DNA from: an uncultured Methanosarcinaceae archaeon | GTDB lineage: Archaea > Halobacteriota > Methanosarcinia > Methanosarcinales > Methanosarcinaceae | Direction: 5' to 3' | DNA length: 64,000 bases | Assembly: GCA_963733675.1 (NCBI GenBank) | Contig: CAVTET010000003.1 | Location: 64,001 to 128,000, forward strand | In this document: one piece after another, positions 57,104 to 64,000 of the stretch | How the letters are laid out: every line of letters starts with the position of its first letter | Position numbering within the stretch: position 1 is the first letter of the stretch | The notes under the pieces: generated by a model | Told to the model about the DNA's origin: nothing | Seen by the model: the letters and a program-made list of their open reading frames with translations, nothing else | The model's database searches: none | Program-made: the position numbers and the translations under genes

Positions 57104-58747
57104 TTGAAAAACACTTTTATTCTTGGAATCGAAGGCACTGCCTGGAACCTTAGTGCAGCAATCGTAAACGAAACCGAGATTATTGTTGAGGTTACAGAAA
57201 CGTATAAACCCGAAATCGGAGGAATACATCCTCGAGAAGCCGCTCAGCACCATGCAAAATATGCAGCCAGCGTGATCAAGAGACTTCTTACAAAGGCAAA
57301 AGAAAAAGGAGTCACGCCTTCGTATATTGATGGGATAGCTTTTTCACAAGGACCTGGACTGGGACCATGCTTGAGAACAGTTGCAACAGCAGCCCGAATG
57401 CTTTCCCTTTCCCTTGGAGTTCCCTTGATAGGGGTTAACCACTGCATCGCCCACATAGAAATAGGTATTTGGAAAACGCTTACAAAAGATCCTGTTATTC
57501 TCTATGTAAGCGGAGCCAATTCGCAGGTAATCTCTTATATGGGAGGAAGATACAGAATTTTTGGAGAGACTTTGGATATAGGACTTGGGAATGCCTTTGA
57601 TAAATTTGCGCGAGGAGCTGGCTTGCAGCATCCTGGAGGACCAAAGATTGAGGCATACGCAAAAAATGCAAAAAAGTATATTCCTCTGCCTTATGTTGTA
57701 AAGGGAATGGACCTTTCCTTTTCCGGGCTCGCAACGGCTTCCAGCGAAGCCCTAAAAACAACGCCCCTTGAAGACGTCTGCTATTCATATCAGGAAACTG
57801 CTTTCGCAATGGTTGTGGAAGTTGTGGAGCGCGCTCTTGCTCATACAGGAAAAAAAGAAGTGCTTCTGGCAGGAGGAGTAGGAGCAAATACAAGGCTTAG
57901 AGAGATGTTAAACGAAATGTGCAAGGCCAGAAACGCAAAATTTTATGTGCCAGAAAAATGTTTCATGGGAGATAATGGAACAATGATTGCATATACAGGT
58001 CTTCTGATGTATAAGGCAGGAAATACTCTCACACTTGAAAACTCCCGTGTAAACCCAAGTTTCAGGACTGACGATGTAAATGTTATATGGATTAGAGAAG
58101 AAGAAATGAAAAAAATCCCTGAAATTTCCTCTGGAGATTTCTCCAGAATTTCCCCAGGAAAAATGCTGGAAAACGGAGCTGAAGCTGTTGTATATCTGGA
58201 AGAAGGACCTGAAGGAAGAAAAGTGCTTGTTAAAGAAAGGATTTCAAAGGTTTACAGGCATAAAGAGATCGACGAAATTATTAGGAAGGAAAGAAACCGT
58301 ACCGAAGCTAGATTAATGTCTGAAGCCAGAAGATGTGGGATTTCGACACCTATCATTTATGATGTAGAAGATTTCAAGCTCAAAATGCAGTACATAGAAG
58401 GAGTTCCCATAAAATACCTTATCAATCCTGAAATATCTAAAAACGTGGGAAAACTTATCGGAAGACTTCATAGTTCAGGTATAGTACACGGAGACCTAAC
58501 CACCTCAAATCTCATGCTTGTAGGTAAGAAGCTTTATCTTCTGGACTTCGGACTCGCTCATTTCGATAAAGGCCTGGAAGCCAAAGGGGTGGATGTCCAT
58601 GTGCTTTTTCAGACCTATGAGAGTACACACAGCGGCCACAAAGCTCTTATCGAAGCATTCAAAACAGGGTACCAAAGTACTTTTATAGATTCAGAGGATG
58701 TACTCAAGCGAGTTGGAGAGATTAAAAAGAGAGCTCGCTATGCATAA
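57104..58747 (+). CDS. kae1: bifunctional KEOPS Kae1/Bud32 (t6A synthase-kinase)
   Basis: LGIEGTA, GGIHPRE, HCIAH, GGVGAN; kinase GAEA, HGDLTTSN and DFGL. Confidence 0.96.
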   Translation: MKNTFILGIEGTAWNLSAAIVNETEIIVEVTETYKPEIGGIHPREAAQHHAKYAASVIKRLLTKAKEKGVTPSYIDGIAFSQGPGLGPCLRTVATAARMLSLSLGVPLIGVNHCIAHIEIGIWKTLTKDPVILYVSGANSQVISYMGGRYRIFGETLDIGLGNAFDKFARGAGLQHPGGPKIEAYAKNAKKYIPLPYVVKGMDLSFSGLATASSEALKTTPLEDVCYSYQETAFAMVVEVVERALAHTGKKEVLLAGGVGANTRLREMLNEMCKARNAKFYVPEKCFMGDNGTMIAYTGLLMYKAGNTLTLENSRVNPSFRTDDVNVIWIREEEMKKIPEISSGDFSRISPGKMLENGAEAVVYLEEGPEGRKVLVKERISKVYRHKEIDEIIRKERNRTEARLMSEARRCGISTPIIYDVEDFKLKMQYIEGVPIKYLINPEISKNVGKLIGRLHSSGIVHGDLTTSNLMLVGKKLYLLDFGLAHFDKGLEAKGVDVHVLFQTYESTHSGHKALIEAFKTGYQSTFIDSEDVLKRVGEIKKRARYA

Positions 58748-59303
58748 GATCGTTTTCGTTACGGGAAATAAGGACAAATTTGTAGAGGTAAGGGATATTC
58801 TCAAAACTGTTGGGGTTGAAGTAATTCAGGACAAAAACGGCTATCCTGAACTTCAGGAAGATGAACTTGAACCTATTGCAGCCTATGGAGCGCAACATGC
58901 TGCAAATAAACTGAACATGCCTGTAATGGTTGATGATTCCGGAATATTCATAAAAGTCTTAAATGGCTTCCCAGGTCCATATTCTCGCTTTGTGGAAGAT
59001 AGACTCGGAAACCTGAAAGTGCTCAAACTAATGGAAAAAGAAGAAGACAGAACTGCTTACTTTAAAACAGTAATCGGATACTGCGAACCTGGGAAAGAGC
59101 CTCTTGTTTTTTCAGGCGTTGTGAAAGGGAAGATAGCGCACGAAGAGCGAGGTATAGGCGGTTTTGGATACGACCCTATTTTTGAGTATCAGGGCATTAC
59201 TTTCGGAGAACTGAGATATGACAAGAAGAACAAGATTTCACACCGTCGAATGGCCATTGATAAGTTTCTGGAATGGTTTATCAATATTGATAAAAAGACC
59301 TGA
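58740..59303 (+). CDS. rdgB: XTP/dITP diphosphatase (Ham1 family)
   Basis: TGNKDK, DDSG, GFPGPYS, GFGYDPIF and SHR motifs; ATG overlaps the end of kae1. Confidence 0.95.
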   Translation: MHKIVFVTGNKDKFVEVRDILKTVGVEVIQDKNGYPELQEDELEPIAAYGAQHAANKLNMPVMVDDSGIFIKVLNGFPGPYSRFVEDRLGNLKVLKLMEKEEDRTAYFKTVIGYCEPGKEPLVFSGVVKGKIAHEERGIGGFGYDPIFEYQGITFGELRYDKKNKISHRRMAIDKFLEWFINIDKKT

Positions 59304-59404
59304 ACCTGTAGAAAAATTCCCTGCTGAAGAATCTAAATTTTTGTTCAAAGCACCTTTCATTTTCAGTAACTTAGTTTTTCCTAATATAAACCGTCATTGA
59401 TTAA

Positions 59405-59660
59405 AGTTTCAATATTTTAATTTTAAAAAGGCATCGACTTGCTTAGTATCTAACCCTTTCCATCCAACTGTGGACGCCGTTTTCAAATAAGTAACGGCTA
59501 CTAAAATAAACACGAGATAAACCACTGATAGGCTCAAGGTAAGGTTCTCATTCAATGGACATGGGGAAAAGGTATACTAGCCTCCTAAAATTGATTGCAT
59601 AGTTGCTAAGTTTATTGGGTTTTCAAATAGGCACTACTCATCTAACTCGATTCCTTAAAA
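59405..59660. repeat. ~240-bp dispersed repeat, copy 2
   Basis: Collinear with 30890-31130. Confidence 0.65.
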
Positions 59661-59799
59661 CATTAATCACAGAATTTGCTGAATCGATCAATATTTGCCC
59701 ATTTGTTGGCGAAAGTATACACTGTTGATGCAGATATTTACTTCGAAAATATTCTATAGGTTATGTTGGCAGGGTTATCCAGATAATAGTAGGAGCTGT

Positions 59800-60010
59800 T
59801 TTTCTTATAAACTGCCGAAGGCATAGGATAGTGTCCCACAGCACCTTGACTGTAACAGTGTTATTCACTGTGTTAATTAAAGAAATATTGTTGACATAAT
59901 TTGCTACATGTACATTTTTTCCATCTGAGGTGATTGCAATTTCATTAGCTGATTTTACAGGTACCGTGGCTATAACCTTGTTAGTTTTTGTATCAATTGC
60001 CTAGACAGTA
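59800..60010 (-). pseudogene. YVTN beta-propeller surface protein fragment
   Basis: AIDTKTNKVIATVPV..IAITSDGKNVHVAN..ISLINT. Confidence 0.7.
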
Positions 60011-60287
60011 GTCGATTTTATAGAATTGATCAATAACTCAAGAACATGCTCTAGGAAAGAGATATTAAAAAAGAGACGTTTTACCTGGAATAAAGACAAA
60101 AGAAATTCCAGATAAAGACAAGGTTAAACAAAAGTTTGTTTTAATTTTATTGATTTCGCTTTACTGCTGAGATTTTTGCTCCTTAATTATTAAACCACTC
60201 GATACTTCTTATTATTTATTAGTAATTTAGATTGATTGTAGCCACACAATGCTGAAAAAAGTTAAATTTTGGCGATTCCAAAAAATC

Positions 60288-61034
60288 TTAAGCAGCCATA
60301 GCAGCATTGTAACCTTTGGCCAGGTTGTCATTTACATCTACTACAGCTGCATTCGTTTTTTGATACATATAGCCTTCGAAAACTGCTGGCAGATTATCAG
60401 CATCCTTCTGCTTGGTGATGACCATACCTGCGGAGATGTATCTGCCATCAGGGATGGTTACGCCAATTGCTGCCGATTTTGGCTCAAGTACACAATTGTT
60501 TCCTACGTGCGCCTTAAAAACGAAAGTTTGCATGCCAATAAATGTATCGTTACCTATCAAAGCCGGACCGTGCACCTGAGACTGATGTGCAAGAGAAACC
60601 CTTTCTCCCACATAAACTGTGTATTTTTTACCGTCGGAACCAACAACAAGGTTATTTTCAACAGGCTTGCCTTGTTCGTCAATTGTCTCAAGGCCGTGAA
60701 TAACAACTCCATCCTGGATATTACTATCCTTACCTATGAAAATCGGCATTCCCTCGTCACCCCGGACAGATGCCATGGGAGAAACCATCACAATCTCACC
60801 GATTGTCACGACTCCTATAACCGAAGCCATGGGATGAACAAAAGCTGTGTGATCAATTACAGGACTAGTGGGCTTGGAATTCCATGGTGTCATAGCATTA
60901 GGCATGATGTTCTAAAACACAACCGGATTTGCATTTTTTTCTTTGACTCCATTAGTATGTATGCTTGCATTCACGGCAAGGGGCACTAAAAGAGCTAGAA
61001 TCAGGATTGTAAAGATTTGCTTGTTAAACTTCAT
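60288..61034 (-). CDS. cam: gamma-class carbonic anhydrase with signal peptide and in-frame TAG at codon 41
   Basis: MKFNKQIFTILIL signal; RGDEG, NIQDGVVIHGLE, SLAHQSQVHGP and TNAAVV catalytic motifs; TAG at 60912-60914 is in frame with ORF 60288-60905. Confidence 0.9.
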
Positions 61035-61557
61035 AGAAGTTACACCTACTCTTTCTTTTAAAGGAGCTATTCTACCATATTTACCCCATCATCTTTATAT
61101 ATAATCCTACCTGTTTTTGAAGAAAGCAGCTTTCAAAAAGTGTCATTCTGCGATAGGGTAGAACAAGAAGCTCTAAGAACAGTAAAAAAGAAGATTAATT
61201 GTACTTTAATTTATTGATTAGTATCTTCAACTTAAAATATTCCGTTTGTAGACATAAATATCTATGATAACATATATGAAAACTATCCTCCAGCTGGGGT
61301 GTTACGTGATTCCAGTATCAATTCTCTTGCCTTCTTAATTCTATTGGGGTTCCGTGGATGCTAGAATGAATGTTACACAGTACATGAGAAACAGTGAACT
61401 CTCAATATAAAATGTGTGGATAAATAGATTAAAAAATCTATTAATAAGTATGTATCTAGGAGAAAGCTAATCCTTGATTTTTATGAATAGATTTTAATAC
61501 ATTGAATTTTCAAAAAAAGTTGGAATTATTTATTTACTAAAATAAGTCTAAAAAACT

Positions 61558-61650
61558 TAGAGAATTTTGATAAACGTATGATTTTCACGGATCATTTATA
61601 TACCATTTATAAATAGATAACAAAATTTAGGTGTTCATCGAAATTCTCTA
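61558..61650 (+). repeat. ~92-bp MITE family A copy (best preserved)
   Basis: TIR TAGAGAATTTTGATAAAC...GTTCATCGAAATTCTCTA. Confidence 0.8.
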
Positions 61651-62586
61651 GGTACTGATTGATCACTCTTGTTGATGAGAGAACAAATATGTGCACGATT
61701 GGATCAGGCACTTGAATACTCTTGTTAATCAATTGTTTTTCCTTATCCTTGTATTGCTTCATCGGATTTACTTAAAATAATTGGAACTATGCCTTTGCCA
61801 TTCCACGAATATGAACCCTGTTAGGCTAATATTCTCTATATTATTTGATTGATATTATTTCCAATAAATACTCGTACAAACATTATCTTGGTTTTTTTGT
61901 TTCGGGTTTCAGCGAAATGAACATACGTATTTCAATTAATGAAAACTTAAGTATTCATCACAATTGAAACTCGATCTTGAAAACACCAACCAAATAATCG
62001 AGGGTCATCAATTCATTGAATACTGAGTAGAATTATATATCAAAAGGTGAGGAAATTTAAACCGTCGAAGTCGTGAATTCTTAACCTGTCTTGACAGTCA
62101 ATATTTGTCGACTTTGATCAATAACTTAAAGGCATGACCTATTAACACATATTTTAGAAAATATAGAGAAAATTAATTGGCTCCTCGACTTTTACCTGTT
62201 TTGAGGTGTGTTGTATTATATTCCAAATAGTCTTTACTTACCTAACTTGATTGCTTAGAGAATAATCATATCTTTGCTGTATCAATCAGTGTCTAACCGC
62301 TTGTTGGTGAAAGCATTCCAATGTTATGCAAGGTTTCTAACTGAGAAAAGGCTAAGTTCAGTGATTGATCTAGCAGACTGCTTTTTAATGCCACTCCACA
62401 GATTACGTCATCAAAGTTACAGATAATTGTATGAGGCGCATTCGTTAAATTTATCGAAATTTAAGTGAAGTAAATTCTCAAATGAAAATATTAATTAGTT
62501 AACTGGGACACGACCCACTAAACTGAAGAAACATGAGTGAGCATTGAATTTAAATACAAAGATTCTATATGTGCGATTACTATCAA

Positions 62587-63120
62587 TTATGGCTCGCAAT
62601 TGTTACCTGCCTGGTTTACACAAGAAGGAATCCATATTCCACTATCAGTTATCAAAATATCGGAAGTTCCAATAAAAATGGAATCATGCATTTTCACATC
62701 GTTTATGGTCTGCTGAGGCACATCGTCTATTGTCACTTCACTATGAGTTATATGGATTTTCTTGCCTTCTGCATAAAAAATTCCGTTCACTGCAATGTAT
62801 CCCTCTTCTGTAATTCTAGCGTTGAAAACAACAGTATTATCTTTTTTTCTTGTAAGTGTAATACCATTTCCTTTCTTGATTTCCCCTTGTACATCAAATT
62901 TTTCATCAACTTGAATTAATACATTATTGCTGATTTTTGCTATGAGATTTGAGTTTTCAGCTCGGATTTCGGTTGTTAGGATCAAATCGTTGTCGCATTT
63001 TTCCAAAGTAATCAAGTGTATCTTGTTTCCAGTGTTCTTATTTGCCTGATATGACACTGTATAAATTTGATCTGCGTAAATGTTTGATCCAAGAATCAGC
63101 ATATATTCATCTTTAGTCAT
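62587..63120 (-). CDS. hypothetical beta-rich protein
   Basis: 177-aa ORF with AGGTGA RBS; family not recognised. Confidence 0.65.
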   Translation of the reverse strand: MTKDEYMLILGSNIYADQIYTVSYQANKNTGNKIHLITLEKCDNDLILTTEIRAENSNLIAKISNNVLIQVDEKFDVQGEIKKGNGITLTRKKDNTVVFNARITEEGYIAVNGIFYAEGKKIHITHSEVTIDDVPQQTINDVKMHDSIFIGTSDILITDSGIWIPSCVNQAGNNCEP

Positions 63121-63542
63121 GTGATTTCACCTGCGAGGTTTTATGCTCCAAGTATATAAGTCCGCTATTAATTTCTTTAATCTTCTTCACATCCTTCACA
63201 TTCTTCGCAAACTTCCTCTCCATATACAAATCGCCCGCCTGTTTCGGCAATTATTTTTCTTACCGCATCTTCGTCTATTAATATAATTTTCTTAATTGGA
63301 TTCAAGATTCTTATTTACTGCTTTAATGTACAGCTTTTTGAATATGTCTGCTTCCTCAAAATCATCCAAATTCTGTACAAAAACAAATATATCATTTGCA
63401 GTTTTTTGTTCAAATGTTTTTTTCGTTTTTGTCGTTACTTTTTCTGTTGTAACAGTAGATTCTTCTTTCCTGATTATCTGCTCTTCACGCCATTCTAGAT
63501 TGCTTTCCAGATGGGTAGAGGATCAATCCCGTTATTTTTGAT

Positions 63543-63788
63543 TTAATCTTCTCGAGTATACTCGTGCATATTGCCGTCTACGAAGAATAATTTAGCCTGG
63601 TCCGCCATCACCCTCGTTCCTGTTGATATCGTTACCGGATTAGCACAGATCTCTACACAGTGCAGAAAATCTTCTCCTCCGCCGTTTTGCTCTATCTTGA
63701 GCGGCTTTCCACAACTTGTACATACTCCGATCATTGTCTGCTCTTCTTTATTATTCACGCTTTTTCTCCTATGTTTAGAAAATTTCAA
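63543..63788 (-). CDS. small hypothetical zinc-finger-like protein (probable start MIGVC)
   Basis: CTSC...HCVEIC motif; GGAG-like sequence upstream of the internal Met. Confidence 0.45.
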   Translation of the reverse strand: MKFSKHRRKSVNNKEEQTMIGVCTSCGKPLKIEQNGGGEDFLHCVEICANPVTISTGTRVMADQAKLFFVDGNMHEYTRED

Positions 63789-64000
63789 TTATTAAATATC
63801 GTATGTAAGATCATATATTCAAGTCACTGTCTACTTAAAACTACAATAATATAATAACTCAGCCGATTATTTCAAATTAATTATAGCGAAAATAGTTTAT
63901 GAATGAAAATTATTCTCCAATAAAATATTTTAAAATTGAACAATATTTTTATATTAATTATAATTTTATTATTTGTATAAATCTTCACAAATTTAACAGT

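Noticed and set aside
60249-60989. 246-aa plus-strand ORF
   Set aside because: Antisense shadow of cam with no recognisable motifs

Overview
Chromosomal window from a Methanosarcina-type methanogenic archaeon, inferred from gene content and AGGTGA/GGAGG ribosome-binding sites. Intact core genes are the coenzyme F430 genes cfbD-cfbC-cfbB, endA, hflX, fen, thpR, a NOG1 GTPase, hisE, leuC, carS, pyrE, purD, argF, tRNA-Leu(CAG), fused kae1-bud32 and rdgB. They are separated by AT-rich spacers full of decayed DNA: several IS200/IS605 remnants, two IS6 copies, an IS5, IS256 and probable IS1 fragments, at least five MITE families and many gene fragments. Downstream of tRNA-Leu is a metal/copper module: a truncated permease, a small thioredoxin-like protein, a secreted Met-rich repeat peptide, a DUF2892 protein, copZ, copA and mrp. 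The most notable observations are: (1) an otherwise intact gamma-carbonic anhydrase (Cam) with a single in-frame TAG between signal peptide and catalytic domain, a candidate for pyrrolysine readthrough; (2) copZ and mrp both have ATA at the expected start codon behind a good RBS; (3) a secreted peptide of N-x-S/Met-Met hexapeptide repeats next to the copper genes; (4) IS605 right ends supply the C-termini or stop codons of host ORFs; (5) two decayed tRNA-Leu copies. No CRISPR array or rRNA was seen. All calls come from reading the sequence and recalling family motifs; no database searches were run.
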